A DNA stretch of 62,700 nt, filler included. It is 5 parts of 5 records of this genome, joined end to end, with 100 filler letters (N's around TTAATTAATTAA, not from the genome) between each part and the next. Parts side by side here need not be neighbours in the genome. Positions count along the whole stretch, not along the records: positions 42,499 to 57,300 come from SRR2962707_4281; positions 57,401 to 62,700 come from SRR2962707_4329; 3 more parts are not named here. The stretch is one strand, 5' to 3'. The translations under genes and the position numbers were made by a program. The notes below the pieces were generated by a model, which did no database searches, had not been told where the DNA came from, and worked only from the letters and a program-made list of their open reading frames with translations. Each line of letters starts with the position of its first letter. Within the stretch, counting starts at the first letter, position 1. Positions 51,064-62,700 of this stretch are shown one piece after another.

Positions 51064-53234
51064 TGTTGCTGGGGAAGCCTGTTATGAAGATCTGCAATGC
51101 AATAAAAAACCGATTCGCTCCCCGGCGCTGGGGAATCCGGGTGCTGGCGCTGCTGGCTTGCTGCACCGCCTCGCTGGCGTCGGCGGCCACCATTACCGCC
51201 CTCGACGCCAACATGCTGCCGGGGGACGGCATGGAAGTGAGAGTGCGCTTTGATGGCGCCGCGCCGGAGGTGAAGGGCTACAGCATCGAACGCCCGGCCC
51301 GCATCGCTCTCGACTTGGTGGGCGCGGACAGCGCCCTGAAAACCCGCCAACACAATCTGGGCACCGGCAATGCCCGCAGTGTCACCGTGGTGGAGGCGAA
51401 GAATCGCACCCGGCTGATCTTCAATCTGGATCAACTGACCGGTTACAGCACCGAAGTGGAAGGGCAGGAGCTGGTGGTGGTGCTCGGCCGCGATCGTGCG
51501 CCGGCCGGTGATCCGGCCAGGGCGGATCAGGAAGCCGCCGCCGCGCCGCCGCGGGGCGTGCAGGAGAGCATTCGCAACATCGATTTTCGCCGCGGCAGTG
51601 ACGGCGAAGGCCGTGTCGTGGTGACACTGTCGAAACCGTCCATCCCGGTGGACGTGAAGGAAGAAGGCGGCCGTATCCAGGCGCGCTTCGTGGGCGCCGG
51701 GGTTGGCAATGAACTGGTGCGCCGTCTCGACGTCACCGATTTCGCCACGCCGGTACAGTATGTGGAAACCCGCAGCGATGACGGCAGCACGGTGATCACC
51801 ATCGAACCCACTGGCACCTGGGAATATCTGGCCTATCAGGCGGACAACGAGTTCAGCATCAATATCAAGCCGCTGACCCGCGGCGAAGCGGAACGCAAGA
51901 AGCGTGAGTCCTTCAAGTACACCGGTGAGAAGCTGTCACTGAACTTCCAGGACATCGAGGTGCGTTCGGTGCTGCAGTTGATCGCCGATTTCACTGAGCT
52001 GAACCTGGTGGCTTCCGATACGGTGACGGGCAAGATTACTTTGCGGCTGCAGAGCGTGCCCTGGGATCAGGCTCTGGACCTGATTCTCAAGACCAAGGGG
52101 CTGGATAAACGCAAGGTGGGCAATGTGCTGCTGGTGGCGCCGGCGGACGAGATCGCCGCGCGCGAACAGCTGGAGCTGGAAAGCCAGAAGAAGATCGCCT
52201 CACTGGCGCCGCTGCGCACGGAGTTCATCAGCATCAACTACGCTCGCGCGGAGGAACTGAAGACACTGATTACCGGGGAAAGCGGCGCCACCGCGCTGAT
52301 CAGCGAGCGCGGTTCGGTATCCGTGGACCAGCGCACCAATACCCTGATCATCCAGGACACCGTGGCCAAGCTGCAGGAGATTCGTGATCTGATCCAGCAA
52401 CTGGACATTCCGGTCCAGCAGGTGCTGATCGAGGCGCGGGTGGTGGTGGCCACCACCGATCTGTCCGATGAGTTCGGGGTGCGTTGGGGCGGTCTCGGTT
52501 ACGACGGCAATTCTCTCGCCAATGATGGCCGTTCCATGGCGATTTCCGGCCGCCTCACCTCCTTGCGGGAGCTGCATTACGCCAACGTTGACCGTGATGA
52601 CGACGGCTCCCTGGGGGAAATGGAGGAATTCGACGAGGACACCAATAATGACATGATCGTCGACATGGGAGTGGATTCCGCCGATGCCACCCGTTTCGCC
52701 ATTGGTTTTACCTCTCTGAGCTCCGGACTGATCGAGCTGGAGCTGTCGGCGCTGGAATCCGAGGGGAGGGGGGAGCTGGTGGCCACGCCCAAGGTGCTCA
52801 CCGCGGATCAGCAGCCGGCGGTGATCGCCTCCGGTCAGCAGATCCCGTTCAACGTGGCCACCTCCTCCGGCGCCACCGCGGTGGAGTTCATCGAGGCGGA
52901 GTTGCGCTTGGAAGTGACGCCGCAGGTGACCCCGGAAGGGGACGTGATCATGCAGCTCAAGGTCAATAACGATGCCCTGGGCTCGGATCTGGACAACCCC
53001 ACCATCAGCACCAACCGGGTTGAGACCACGGTGTTGGTGAATGACGGCGAAACCGTGGTTTTGGGCGGCATTTTCCAGCAGGAACAGATAAACTCCCTGA
53101 TCAAAACCCCCTTCCTGGGTGATATTCCCTGGTTGGGAGCCCTGTTCCGCAAGAAAGTGAAGCGTGACAGCAAGCAGGAATTGCTGATATTCATCACGCC
53201 ACGCTTGGTAAAAGAGACAATGGCCCGTCGGTGA
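51063..53234 (+). CDS. pilQ: Type IV pilus secretin PilQ
   Basis: YTGEKLSLNFQDIEVRSVLQLIADFT, QVLIEARVV, PFLGDIPWLGALF; start may be 51084. Confidence 0.96.
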   Translation: MLLGKPVMKICNAIKNRFAPRRWGIRVLALLACCTASLASAATITALDANMLPGDGMEVRVRFDGAAPEVKGYSIERPARIALDLVGADSALKTRQHNLGTGNARSVTVVEAKNRTRLIFNLDQLTGYSTEVEGQELVVVLGRDRAPAGDPARADQEAAAAPPRGVQESIRNIDFRRGSDGEGRVVVTLSKPSIPVDVKEEGGRIQARFVGAGVGNELVRRLDVTDFATPVQYVETRSDDGSTVITIEPTGTWEYLAYQADNEFSINIKPLTRGEAERKKRESFKYTGEKLSLNFQDIEVRSVLQLIADFTELNLVASDTVTGKITLRLQSVPWDQALDLILKTKGLDKRKVGNVLLVAPADEIAAREQLELESQKKIASLAPLRTEFISINYARAEELKTLITGESGATALISERGSVSVDQRTNTLIIQDTVAKLQEIRDLIQQLDIPVQQVLIEARVVVATTDLSDEFGVRWGGLGYDGNSLANDGRSMAISGRLTSLRELHYANVDRDDDGSLGEMEEFDEDTNNDMIVDMGVDSADATRFAIGFTSLSSGLIELELSALESEGRGELVATPKVLTADQQPAVIASGQQIPFNVATSSGATAVEFIEAELRLEVTPQVTPEGDVIMQLKVNNDALGSDLDNPTISTNRVETTVLVNDGETVVLGGIFQQEQINSLIKTPFLGDIPWLGALFRKKVKRDSKQELLIFITPRLVKETMARR

Positions 53235-53767
53235 ACGATAGAGAAAATACTCCCTCTCTTTTTTTGGTGGGCCCCATGGGGGCAGGTAAAAGCACCCTGG
53301 GGCGCCACCTGGCACAGTTATTGGATCGCCCTTTCTATGACTCGGACCGCGTTATCGAGGAGAAGACCGGTGCCGATATCCCATGGATCTTCGATGTGGA
53401 AGGGGAGGAAGGTTTTCGTCGACGTGAAAGCGAGGTCATCGACGAGCTGAGCGCGCTGCCCGGCATCGTGCTGGCCACCGGAGGCGGCGCGGTGATGGCC
53501 GAAGAGAATCGGCGCCACCTGCACGATCGCGGCTGCGTGGTCTATCTATGGACGCCAGTGGAAGTGCAACTGGCCCGTACCCGTAACGACCGCAACCGCC
53601 CCCTGTTGCAGACCGGCAATCCCAAGGCCCGTCTCGCCAGGTTGTTCGAGCAGCGCGACCCGCTCTACCGGGAAGTGGCGCACCACGTGGTTTCCACCGC
53701 TTCCAGCAACCTGAAAAAGGTATCCGATCAGATCCTCGGTTGTCTGGCCGATTTCCCCATCCGATAA
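53231..53767 (+). CDS. aroK: Shikimate kinase
   Basis: [28 protein letters not shown]. Confidence 0.96.
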   Translation: MNDRENTPSLFLVGPMGAGKSTLGRHLAQLLDRPFYDSDRVIEEKTGADIPWIFDVEGEEGFRRRESEVIDELSALPGIVLATGGGAVMAEENRRHLHDRGCVVYLWTPVEVQLARTRNDRNRPLLQTGNPKARLARLFEQRDPLYREVAHHVVSTASSNLKKVSDQILGCLADFPIR

Positions 53768-53817
53768 TGCTTCAACGCCGGACGGCTCCGGCGCTCCCTT
53801 CCCTGTCCGGAGACACT

Positions 53818-54900
53818 ATGCAGACGCTTGACGTGGCACTGGCCGAACGCAGTTACCCGATCCACATCGGCCCCGATTTGTTGTCCACTTCGTTGATCCG
53901 CGAGCGCATCCGTGGCAATCAGGTCATGGTGGTGACCAACGAAACCATCGCGCCCCGGTATCTTGAGCGGGTCACCGCGTCTCTCGGCGATCTGCAATGC
54001 GACACCGTGATCCTGCCGGATGGTGAGCAGTACAAGACCCTGGCGACCCTGGAGCGTATCTTTGACGCGCTGATGGAGAAGCGGCACTCGCGCACCACCA
54101 CCCTGGTCGCCCTGGGCGGTGGCGTGGTCGGGGACATGGTGGGCTTCGCCGCCGCCTGTTTCCAGCGCGGCGTGGATTTCATTCAGGTGCCGACCACACT
54201 GCTGGCTCAGGTGGATTCCTCGGTGGGCGGAAAGACCGCGGTGAATCACCCCCGTGGCAAGAACATGATCGGCGCCTTTCATCAGCCCCGTTCGGTGATT
54301 ATCGATATTCGTGTGCTGGATACCTTGCCGGAGCGGGAGTTCGCCGCGGGCATGGCGGAAGTGATCAAGTACGGTCTGATTCGGGATCCGCGATTCTTCG
54401 ACTGGCTGGAACAGCACCGTTCCGATCTGCAGCGGCGTGATGATGCCGCCCTTACCGAGGCGATCCTGCGCAGTTGCCGCAACAAGGCGGAGGTGGTGGC
54501 CGCCGATGAAACCGAACAGGGCAACCGCGCTCTGCTCAATCTGGGGCATACTTTCGGCCATGCCATGGAAACCTTTACCGGTTATCGCCAGTGGCTGCAC
54601 GGTGAGGCGGTGGCCGCGGGCATGGTGATGGCGGCCCGCATGTCCCGGGAGCTGGGCTGGCTCAGCAATGACGATGTGGCCCGGGTGGCCGGCAGTCTGT
54701 CGCCCTGGGGGCTGCCGGTAACGGCCCCCGAGGGGATGACGACGGCGGATTTCTCCGATTTGATGGCCCTGGACAAGAAAGTACGTAATGGACGCCTGCG
54801 CCTGGTATTGCTGAAACGAATCGGCGAGGCTCTGGTCACAGGGGAATACCACCCCAATGCACTGACGCGAACGCTTGAGGCCTTTTGTGATAAGGGATGA
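53818..54900 (+). CDS. aroB: 3-dehydroquinate synthase
   Basis: [34 protein letters not shown]. Confidence 0.97.
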   Translation: MQTLDVALAERSYPIHIGPDLLSTSLIRERIRGNQVMVVTNETIAPRYLERVTASLGDLQCDTVILPDGEQYKTLATLERIFDALMEKRHSRTTTLVALGGGVVGDMVGFAAACFQRGVDFIQVPTTLLAQVDSSVGGKTAVNHPRGKNMIGAFHQPRSVIIDIRVLDTLPEREFAAGMAEVIKYGLIRDPRFFDWLEQHRSDLQRRDDAALTEAILRSCRNKAEVVAADETEQGNRALLNLGHTFGHAMETFTGYRQWLHGEAVAAGMVMAARMSRELGWLSNDDVARVAGSLSPWGLPVTAPEGMTTADFSDLMALDKKVRNGRLRLVLLKRIGEALVTGEYHPNALTRTLEAFCDKG

Positions 54901-56239
54901 CGAGTACTTTTACGAAGGCGCGGAACGGGGCGATCTGCTCGACGCGCTGAACGGCTACGCTCACGAAGGCAGCACCGTGGTGCTGGAAGGCGAGCATGGC
55001 AGTGGGGTATCCACCCTGTTGGGCATGGTGTGCATGGCCCTGGTGGATGATTTCGAGGTGATCCGCCTGGACGGCGACGATGAACTGGACGCCAACGCGC
55101 CGGTGGAGGCCATGCTGACCCACTTCGGCGTGGATCGCGAAGGGCTGGCGGACGCTCTCAAGCAAGCGTTGGCGGACACCCGGCTGGTGATCGTGGTGGA
55201 CAACGCCGACCGCGCCGATGAGGCGGCCCTGGCGACCATGGCGGCGTTGAAGGAAAAGCTCGGAGGCCGTCTGGCCTATTTGTTCGGCGGCTATCCCGGT
55301 GCCGCCGGGCGGGTCGCCAATGCTGGCCTGGCGGTGGCGGACACCCTTGGCCTGCCGCCTCTGGATGAAGCAGAGGTGGTGGCGTTTGCCGATGAAGTCT
55401 ATGGCGTTACCCTGAGTGATGACGAGGCGGAAAGCCTGCTGGCGCGGAGTGAAGGGCAGCCCGGTTCGCTGTTGGCGTTGCTGGATGAGCGCGGCGACGT
55501 GGCTTCGGCGCCGCTCGCCGACGGCACTAATGCTGCTCGGCGGCCATTGCCCTGGCGTCACGTGCTGGCGGTGGGCGCGCTGGTGCTGGTGGTCCTGGTG
55601 TTGTGGCTGGCCAGCGGCGGCGATGACGAACCGCGGCCATCGCAATCCGTGGCCCTGGACCTGCCCAAGCCGCCGGCCACCCCGGAGGAACCGGCCGAGG
55701 AGACTGCTCCGGCATCCAATGAGTCGCCGTCGTTGCCGGCGATCCGTGACCCCGAGCGCACCCGTGAGGCCTTGGCGTCCTACGCGGATAACGCCAGGGA
55801 ATTCAAGAGCAAGGAAGAGCCGCCGGGCGAGCCGCGCCAGAACCAGGAGGCGCCGCGGACCGCGGATCCGGTCAGCGAGCCGGACGCGGGCGCCGCGCCA
55901 GCCGCTGCTTCCAAACCCGCTCCCAAGCCGCGCCCGGCGGCCAGCAATGACGGCTATCACCATGATGGCTGGCTGGCGTCCCGCCCGGACAGCGAGTGGT
56001 TCCTGCAAGTGACCGCCACCGGTCGCGAGGACGGAGCCCACAGCGTACTTGACGTATTGGACCGCAAGGGCGCCTACTACCCTGCCCGCAGGGGTGAGGA
56101 GACGGTATATGTGGTGCTGGCCGGCCCTTACGCCAGCCGCGACGCGGCGGTGCAGGCCCGTGACGGCCTGCCCGAGCAACTGCGTAAAGCGGGACCTTTC
56201 CCGCGCAGCATGGCGTCGATACGAAAAGAACTGCAATGA
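54875..56239 (+). CDS. Degenerate AAA + TM + SPOR domain protein (DamX-like)
   Basis: [10 protein letters not shown]-loop-like motif, IVVDNA, TM helix, Pro/Ala linker, C-terminal [17 protein letters not shown]; position between aroB and gltB. Confidence 0.8.
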   Translation: MRPFVIRDDEYFYEGAERGDLLDALNGYAHEGSTVVLEGEHGSGVSTLLGMVCMALVDDFEVIRLDGDDELDANAPVEAMLTHFGVDREGLADALKQALADTRLVIVVDNADRADEAALATMAALKEKLGGRLAYLFGGYPGAAGRVANAGLAVADTLGLPPLDEAEVVAFADEVYGVTLSDDEAESLLARSEGQPGSLLALLDERGDVASAPLADGTNAARRPLPWRHVLAVGALVLVVLVLWLASGGDDEPRPSQSVALDLPKPPATPEEPAEETAPASNESPSLPAIRDPERTREALASYADNAREFKSKEEPPGEPRQNQEAPRTADPVSEPDAGAAPAAASKPAPKPRPAASNDGYHHDGWLASRPDSEWFLQVTATGREDGAHSVLDVLDRKGAYYPARRGEETVYVVLAGPYASRDAAVQARDGLPEQLRKAGPFPRSMASIRKELQ

Positions 56240-56418
56240 CATAATCCGCCGGGGCCCGCGGGCTCCGGCGCCTTCGGGGCCGGGATCGGCTCTGTGCGGT
56301 GGTGTTTGTCGGCTACCCCCTCAATGTGTAGAATGTTCATCCCTTTTTGCCGTCGTCGTTTTTCCGGCGCCAGTTCCGCCTTCTGTAAGTCTCTGAATTT
56401 CAAGAGGAATAGGTTTTG

Positions 56419-57300
56419 ATGCAGCAGAACTCAACGCTGGTGCAGGGGCTCTATGAGCCCGGAGAATTCCGGGACAACTGTGGCTTTGGCCTGATCGCCC
56501 ACATGGAGGGGCAGGCCAGTCACGAGCTTCTGCAAACCGCTATTGAAGCACTCACCTGCATGACTCACCGGGGCGGGATCAACGCCGATGGAAAAACCGG
56601 TGACGGATGCGGGCTGTTGCTGAAAAAACCCGACTCCTTCTTCCGGGCGCAGGCCGGGAAACAGGGCATCGAACTGCCGGACATCTACGGCGTCGGGATG
56701 GTGTTCACCCATCCGGAAGCCGATCAGGCGGCCGCCCAGAAAGCGGTAATCGACGCCGAGTTGGAAGCTCAGGGCCTGAAGGTGCTGGGCTGGCGTGAAG
56801 TGCCCACCGACGCTTCCTGCCTCGGCGAACTGGCGCTGCGCTCGCTGCCGGGCTTCCACCAGGTGCTGGTGGCCGGTGATGAGGAGTCCGAGGTGGCGCT
56901 CAACCGCCGTCTATTCTTCGCCCGCCGTCTCGCCGAAAAGCGCATAGCGAAGGACGGTTACTTCTACGTCTGCTCGCTGTCGGCCACCACGGTGTCCTAC
57001 AAGGGGCTGATGATGCCGGTGGATCTGCCGGCGTTCTTCCCGGATCTTGGTGACGAGTCCATGGAAACCGCCATCGTGGTGTTCCACCAGCGGTTCTCCA
57101 CCAACACCTCACCGCAGTGGCCGCTGGCTCAGCCGTTCCGTTATCTGGCGCACAACGGCGAGATCAACACCATCCAGGGCAACCGCAACTGGGCCCTGGC
57201 CCGTGAGAACAAGTTCGAGAACGAACTGCTGCCCGATCTGGCCGGGCTCAGCCCGCTGGTTAACCGTGAGGGCTCCGACTCCTCCAGCATGGACAACATG
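56419..57300 (+). CDS. gltB: Glutamate synthase large subunit (3' truncated)
   Basis: [34 protein letters not shown]. Confidence 0.96.
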
Positions 57301-57400
57301 NNNNNNNNNNNNNNNNNNNNNNNNNNNNNNNNNNNNNNNNNNNNTTAATTAATTAANNNNNNNNNNNNNNNNNNNNNNNNNNNNNNNNNNNNNNNNNNNN
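57301..57400. other. Artificial contig linker
   Basis: N-run with TTAATTAATTAA. Confidence 0.98.
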
Positions 57401-57531
57401 CAAGCTCCCACAGCGGCTTCGTGGCAACCCCTTTATGGCCAAGAGGCCGACGGCAGCCCGGGGAGGCGGCGTTCTGGATTTTTCCGGCTCCGCCGTGTAG
57501 TTTGCAGACCAGTTCCGGGTGGAGACAGAGC

Positions 57532-58137
57532 ATGTATGTGGTAGGCGTCACCGGTGGCATTGGCAGTGGTAAAACCGCCGCCACCGATTTCCTGGCCCGT
57601 CTGGGCATTACCATCGTCGATGCGGATCAGGCATCCCGGATCGTGGTGGAGCCGGGGCAACCGGCACTCCATGCCATCGTCGATCGGTTCGGCGAGCGGA
57701 TATTGCAGGAAGACGGCACACTCAATCGCCGGGCTCTGCGCGATATCGTTTTCAGCAACGATCAGGCTCGGCGGGAGTTGGAAGCGATTACCCATCCGGC
57801 CATCGGCGACGAGCTGCGCCGGCAGATCCAGGACAGCGATAGCGATTACACCGTGCTGGTCTCGCCTTTGCTGCTGGAAGGGCGGCAAAAGGACATGACC
57901 CATCGCGTTCTGGTGGTCGACGTGCCCGGTGAAATTCAGGTGGCCCGCACCGTGAATCGGGATCAGGTCCCCATGGAGCAGGTGGAGGCGATCATGCGTG
58001 CCCAGCTGTCACGGGAAGAACGCCTGGCCCGGGCCCACGACGTGGTGACCAACGACGGTCCCCTGGAGCGGCTTCATCAGCAACTGCAACAACTGCATCA
58101 ACGTTATCTGGAGTTAGCCCGACGCCATGGCGGATAA
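57532..58137 (+). CDS. coaE: Dephospho-CoA kinase
   Basis: [23 protein letters not shown]. Confidence 0.95.
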   Translation: MYVVGVTGGIGSGKTAATDFLARLGITIVDADQASRIVVEPGQPALHAIVDRFGERILQEDGTLNRRALRDIVFSNDQARRELEAITHPAIGDELRRQIQDSDSDYTVLVSPLLLEGRQKDMTHRVLVVDVPGEIQVARTVNRDQVPMEQVEAIMRAQLSREERLARAHDVVTNDGPLERLHQQLQQLHQRYLELARRHGG

Positions 58138-58321
58138 CACCACTCGCATCTACCCCTGTCCCCATTGCAAGAAACCCACCCGCTGGGACGACAATCCCTG
58201 GCGGCCGTTTTGCAGCGAACGCTGCAAGATGATCGATCTGGGCGCCTGGGCCTCGGAGCAACATGTGATTCCGGGGGACCCGAACGCGCCGGTGGACGAT
58301 CTCGACGACCCGGAGCGGTAA
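58127..58321 (+). CDS. yacG: DNA gyrase inhibitor YacG
   Basis: [21 protein letters not shown]. Confidence 0.95.
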   Translation: MADNTTRIYPCPHCKKPTRWDDNPWRPFCSERCKMIDLGAWASEQHVIPGDPNAPVDDLDDPER

Positions 58322-59272
58322 TCAATCCACCCCGGGCCAGAAGGCGCGGATACCGGCGACGCCATAGGCGCCGTGCTCCCGGGCCGTGCTCAGATCATCC
58401 GGGGACAACCCGCCCAGGGCATAAAACACCAGCGGCCGCCCTTCGGTGAGCGCGGCGAAACCGCCCCATCCCATGGGCGCCACATCGGGATGCGTGGCGG
58501 TGGCCGCCACCGGCGATACCACCGCCATGGGGATATCCAGCGCCAGAGCCTGCTCCAGGGCCGCGGCATCGTGGCATGCGGCGGAGATCACGCCGGTAAA
58601 CCCGTTCAGTTCCACCGTCGACGCGGCCATCAGAGCCCGGCGGCTCAGATGCAATCCGGCGGCCCCTTCCCGCGCCGCCAGCGCCGCATCATCCCGGACC
58701 CAGAAAGGCAGGCCCCGTTCACGGCAGCACGCCGCCAGCCTCGGCAGTGCCGGATCCTGACTCCAGCCACGCAGATACACACCCTGCCGTCGCGGGTCCA
58801 GCCGCTCCAACCCCTGGACCACGGCTGGCTCCTCGAGCCCCTCGGGCACCACCACCCACTCCGGCGGCAGTCTCAGCGCCAGCGCCACTGGGCGATTGGC
58901 GGCGGGAAACGCGCGCTCGGTGATATCGGCCAGCGGCACCCACTCCACCGGCTGGCCCTCGCGGCCGTGGGGCTCGCCGCTGTAGCGCCGCACCTCACGG
59001 AAATGCAGGGTGACCTTGAGGTCCGGGTAGCGGTGGCGCACGGTCATGAACGGCTCGCATCCGGTCACATCCAGCCCAAGCTCCTCATGCAGTTCGCGGG
59101 CCAGGGCAACGTCGAGAGCCTCTCCCGGCTCCACCTTGCCTCCCGGGAACTCCCAAAGCCCGCCCTGATGCTTGTGCTCCGGGCGGCGGCTCAGACACAA
59201 GCGTCCGTCTCTGTCGCGAATAATGCCCGCCACCACGGTGATTTCCGGAAGGCTCTCATGGGAATCAGACAT
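58322..59272 (-). CDS. MutT-like Nudix hydrolase fused to a thiamine-phosphate-synthase-like domain
   Basis: WEFPGGKVEPGE..RELHEELG; C-terminal AACH, SPV, YALGG, GVAGIR. Confidence 0.9.
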   Translation of the reverse strand: MSDSHESLPEITVVAGIIRDRDGRLCLSRRPEHKHQGGLWEFPGGKVEPGEALDVALARELHEELGLDVTGCEPFMTVRHRYPDLKVTLHFREVRRYSGEPHGREGQPVEWVPLADITERAFPAANRPVALALRLPPEWVVVPEGLEEPAVVQGLERLDPRRQGVYLRGWSQDPALPRLAACCRERGLPFWVRDDAALAAREGAAGLHLSRRALMAASTVELNGFTGVISAACHDAAALEQALALDIPMAVVSPVAATATHPDVAPMGWGGFAALTEGRPLVFYALGGLSPDDLSTAREHGAYGVAGIRAFWPGVD

Positions 59273-59274
59273 GG

Positions 59275-60480
59275 TCAGGTACGATACTCGGCGTTGATTT
59301 TCACGTAGTCATAGCTGAAATCACAGGTCCACATTTGCCCCCGGCCCGCTCCCGCCGCCAGGTCCACACGGATGGTGATTTCCGGACGTGCCATGACGGC
59401 GGCGCCGCGTTCCTCGGTGTACTCGTCGTCGACGCCACCTTCATTGACGATACGAACCTCATCCAGCCAGATCGCCACCCGGCTCACGTCAAGAGTATCG
59501 ATCGGCGCGCGCCCCACGGCGGCCAGAATACGGCCCCAGTTGGGGTCGGAGGCAAACAGGGCGGTTTTGACCAGCGGGGAATGAGCAATGGTTTCCGCCA
59601 CTACCACGGCGTCGGCATCACTGGCGGCGCCTTCCACCTGGATCTCGACAAACTTGGAGGCCCCTTCGGCATCGCGGATCAGCGCCTGGGCCAGTTCCAC
59701 GAACACCTGCTCCAGCGCTTGGAACACCAGGCGGGCAGCCTCGCTGTCCTGCTGCTCGATCGGCGCCGCCCCGGACTGGCCGGTGGCGATCAGAATGCAG
59801 GCGTCATTGGTGGAGGTGTCACCATCCACGGTGATGCGATTAAACGAAGCATCCGCCAACTGGCGCACCCAGCGATCCAGCAACGGCTTGGCGATATCCG
59901 CGTCGGTGGCGATGTAACCCAGCATGGTGGCCATGTTCGGTTTGATCATGCCCGCTCCCTTGGCGATGCCGGTGATATTCACCGGCACACCGCCAAGCTC
60001 CAGGCGGCGGCTGGCCACTTTCGGCACCGTGTCGGTGGTCATGATGCCTTCGGCGGCACGCCCCCAGCCATGCTCATCAAGAGTCTCCAGCGCCGCCGGC
60101 AAGCCGTTTTCGAACGGTTCCATGGCGAACGGTTCACCAATCACGCCGGTGGAAAACGGCAGCACTTCCGCCGGGTGGCACAGAGCCAGTTCCGACAGCA
60201 ACACGCAGGTTTCCTCACACAGAGCCAGCCCCTTGTCACCGGTACCGGCGTTGGCATAGCCGGTATTGATCATCAGGTAGCGAGGCGCTTTTTCCGTCAG
60301 GTTACGGCGTGCCACCTGTACCGGCGCGGCCTGGAAGCGGTTGCGGGTGAACACGCCGGCGGCGCGGCTGCCCGGCGCCAGCTCGATCACCACCAGATCC
60401 TTACGTTGGGCCTTTTTAATGCCCGCTTCCACCGCGGCCAGGCGCACGCCGGCCACCGGAAACCACTGCGACTGCGTCAT
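59275..60480 (-). CDS. argJ: Bifunctional glutamate N-acetyltransferase/amino-acid acetyltransferase
   Basis: KGAGMIKPNMATML, DGDTSTND, SDPNWGR, YVKINAEYRT. Confidence 0.96.
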   Translation of the reverse strand: MTQSQWFPVAGVRLAAVEAGIKKAQRKDLVVIELAPGSRAAGVFTRNRFQAAPVQVARRNLTEKAPRYLMINTGYANAGTGDKGLALCEETCVLLSELALCHPAEVLPFSTGVIGEPFAMEPFENGLPAALETLDEHGWGRAAEGIMTTDTVPKVASRRLELGGVPVNITGIAKGAGMIKPNMATMLGYIATDADIAKPLLDRWVRQLADASFNRITVDGDTSTNDACILIATGQSGAAPIEQQDSEAARLVFQALEQVFVELAQALIRDAEGASKFVEIQVEGAASDADAVVVAETIAHSPLVKTALFASDPNWGRILAAVGRAPIDTLDVSRVAIWLDEVRIVNEGGVDDEYTEERGAAVMARPEITIRVDLAAGAGRGQMWTCDFSYDYVKINAEYRT

Positions 60481-60586
60481 GTTCGATCCTTCACCAAGGG
60501 TCATGGAATGATTCGGGCCACCTGTTCGCGACCCTGATTAATAGCATGGCCTTTCCGGGCCGAAAGGGGCAAGGCCCCCGAACGCA

Positions 60587-60611
60587 CCAACCCCGCCGAT
60601 GGCGGGGTTGG
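60587..60611. other. GC-rich hairpin between secA and argJ
   Basis: ccaaccccgcc-gat-ggcggggttgg is a perfect 11-bp stem; no clear U-tract. Confidence 0.45.
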
Positions 60612-60649
60612 ATGGGAAAGCGCTCTCCCCTCGCGGGGAACCGCCATGA

Positions 60650-62700
60650 TCACGTTTCCAGACGGCCGCAGCAGTGCTTGTACTTCTTGCCGGAACCGCA
60701 AATACAGGGTTCATTGCGGCCCACTTTGCGGCCTTCGCGTACCACCGGCTGGGCCACCCGCGGCGGCCCCTGGGTCTGGATACCGTCGCCGGACGCGGTG
60801 GGCGCGGCCATCTGCTCTTGTTGCGCCTTCATCCGCTCCGCCTGTATCCGGGCTTCTTCCTGGCGCTGGGCTTCCAGCCGTTCCACTTCGTCGTCGCGCC
60901 GCACCTCGAAATTATGCAGCACGCGAATCAGCTCGTGCTGGATCTGATTCAGCATGGCCTGGAACAGCTCGAAGGCTTCCTTCTTGTATTCCTGTTTCGG
61001 GTTCTTCTGCGCATAGCCGCGCAAGTGGATGCCCTGGCGCAGATGATCCATGCTGGCCAGATGATCTTTCCAATGACGGTCAAGGATCTGCAGCATCAGG
61101 TGTTTTTCGATCTGGCGCAGGGTTTCCTCGCCAACTTCCTGCTCCTTGCGGCGGTATTCCTCTTCCATGGTCTCGATGACCTTTTCCACCACCCCGTCGA
61201 TGTGCAGCCCGGTATCTTCCTTCAACCACTGGCTTACCGGTGCCCGGCAGCTGTACTCGCTCGCCAGGGTACGCTCCAGTCCATCCACATCCCACTGATC
61301 TTCCACCGAACCGGGCGGCATGTAGGCATGAATTTCATCCGGCATCACGTCACGGCGGATGCTCTCAATGGAAGACGCCAGGCTCTCGGATTCCAGAATC
61401 TGCTCGCGCTGGCTGTACACCACGCGGCGCTGGTCATTGGCCACGTTATCGTATTCAAGCAGGTTCTTCCGGATATCGAAGTTGCGCGCTTCCACCTTGC
61501 GCTGGGCGTTCTCGATGGCACGGGTCACCCAGCGGTGCTCGATGGCCTCTCCGTCCTTCAGACCCAGTGAACGCATCATGTTACGTACCCGGTCGGAGGC
61601 GAAGATGCGCATCAGGTCATCTTCCATGGACAGGAAAAAGCGGGTGTAACCCGGATCGCCCTGACGGCCGGCGCGGCCACGCAGCTGGTTGTCGATACGG
61701 CGGGATTCGTGCCGCTCGGAGCCGATGATATGCAGGCCGCCGGCCTCCAGCACCCTGGCGTGATTGTCCCGCCATTCGTCCCGGATCTTCTGCGCCTCCG
61801 CCCCATCCGGATCCTCGAGATGCTTGATCTGCTCCTCGGGATTGCCGCCGAGCACGATATCGGTACCGCGGCCGGCCATGTTGGTGGCGATGGTCACGGT
61901 GCCCGGCCGGCCGGCCTGAGCAATGATCTGGGCTTCACGTTCGTGCTGCTTGGCGTTCAGCACCTGGTGTTTGATCTTGTCCTGATTGAGGCGATGGGAC
62001 AGGTATTCGGAGGCCTCGATGGTGGCGGTACCCACCAGCACCGGCGCGCCTTTCTCGACACACTGTTTCACCTCGTCGACGATCGCTTCGAATTTTTCCT
62101 TCAGTGTCAGGTAGACCAGATCGTTGGCGTCGATGCGCGCCATCGGACGGTTGGTGGGGATCACCACCACGTCCATGCCGTAGATCTGGCGAAACTCCAC
62201 TGCCTCGGTGTCGGCGGTACCGGTCATGCCGGAGAGTTTGTCGTAAAGGCGGAAGTAGTTCTGGAAAGTGGTCGAGGCGAGCGTCTGATTCTCCTGCTGG
62301 ATGCGCACCCCTTCCTTGGCTTCCACCGCCTGGTGGATGCCGTCGGACCAGCGCCGGCCCGGCATGGTCCTGCCGGTGTGCTCGTCGACGATGACGATCT
62401 GGTCATTCTGCACCACATACTCCCGGTCCCGGTGGAACAAGGCGTGGGCCTTGAGGGCGGCGTGCACGTGATGAAGCAGCGTCAGGTTATGGGCCGCGTA
62501 CAGGCTCTCCCCCTGCTCCAGCAGATCGTTCTCCACCAGCAACGACTCGATCAGTTGGTGGCCTTCCTCGGTCAGTTCCACCTGCCGCTGCTTTTCATCG
62601 ATCACATAGTGACCGGTTTCATCGCCCTCTTCCGGCTGCGGCCGGAGCCGCGGCATCAGCAGATTGACCTGGCGATACAGTTCGGAGGAATCAGAAGCGG
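60650..62700 (-). CDS. secA: Preprotein translocase ATPase SecA (5' truncated at window edge)
   Basis: [38 protein letters not shown]-terminal [19 protein letters not shown]. Confidence 0.97.
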   Translation of the reverse strand, partial: ASDSSELYRQVNLLMPRLRPQPEEGDETGHYVIDEKQRQVELTEEGHQLIESLLVENDLLEQGESLYAAHNLTLLHHVHAALKAHALFHRDREYVVQNDQIVIVDEHTGRTMPGRRWSDGIHQAVEAKEGVRIQQENQTLASTTFQNYFRLYDKLSGMTGTADTEAVEFRQIYGMDVVVIPTNRPMARIDANDLVYLTLKEKFEAIVDEVKQCVEKGAPVLVGTATIEASEYLSHRLNQDKIKHQVLNAKQHEREAQIIAQAGRPGTVTIATNMAGRGTDIVLGGNPEEQIKHLEDPDGAEAQKIRDEWRDNHARVLEAGGLHIIGSERHESRRIDNQLRGRAGRQGDPGYTRFFLSMEDDLMRIFASDRVRNMMRSLGLKDGEAIEHRWVTRAIENAQRKVEARNFDIRKNLLEYDNVANDQRRVVYSQREQILESESLASSIESIRRDVMPDEIHAYMPPGSVEDQWDVDGLERTLASEYSCRAPVSQWLKEDTGLHIDGVVEKVIETMEEEYRRKEQEVGEETLRQIEKHLMLQILDRHWKDHLASMDHLRQGIHLRGYAQKNPKQEYKKEAFELFQAMLNQIQHELIRVLHNFEVRRDDEVERLEAQRQEEARIQAERMKAQQEQMAAPTASGDGIQTQGPPRVAQPVVREGRKVGRNEPCICGSGKKYKHCCGRLET

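Noticed and set aside
58322-59272. Nudix-ThiE fusion as a novelty
   Set aside because: A known fusion in the conserved secA-argJ-mutT neighbourhood of many gammaproteobacteria.

Overview
This window is not one locus. It is five contigs joined by artificial 100-nt N-spacers containing TTAATTAATTAA. (1) 1-8352: a eukaryotic (protist-like) contig with microsatellites at both ends. It carries one ~2455-aa armadillo-repeat gene with 4-5 embedded WW domains, split by a 108-nt GT-AG intron, and resembles the apicomplexan glideosome-associated connector (GAC) family. (2) 8453-29431: a high-GC alphaproteobacterium (Parvibaculum-like by inference) with a CheY-like/Hpt/CheY-like cluster, a flagellin-fragment protein, yqjG/pirin/wrbA/LysR, a Zur-regulated Zn ABC transporter and a MoxR operon. 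It also holds a low-GC two-gene islet encoding a 2-TM protein translationally coupled to a protein with an R-S-E ADP-ribosyltransferase signature; this is the best candidate for an undescribed (defence/toxin) system. (3) 29532-42398: a Hyphomicrobiales contig (Pelagibacterium/Devosia-like by inference) with a Vibrio-type ChiS/CBP/GH20 chitin-oligosaccharide sensing locus, folD, purU, metH and a cluster of palindromic repeats. (4) 42499-57300 and (5) 57401-62700: gammaproteobacterial contigs (Alcanivorax-like by inference) with tandem DKNYY proteins, mrcA, pilMNOPQ-aroKB-SPOR-gltB, and coaE-yacG/mutT-thiE/argJ/secA. No rRNA, tRNA, CRISPR array or transposase was recognised. All family assignments come from motif reading and recall, not database searches.
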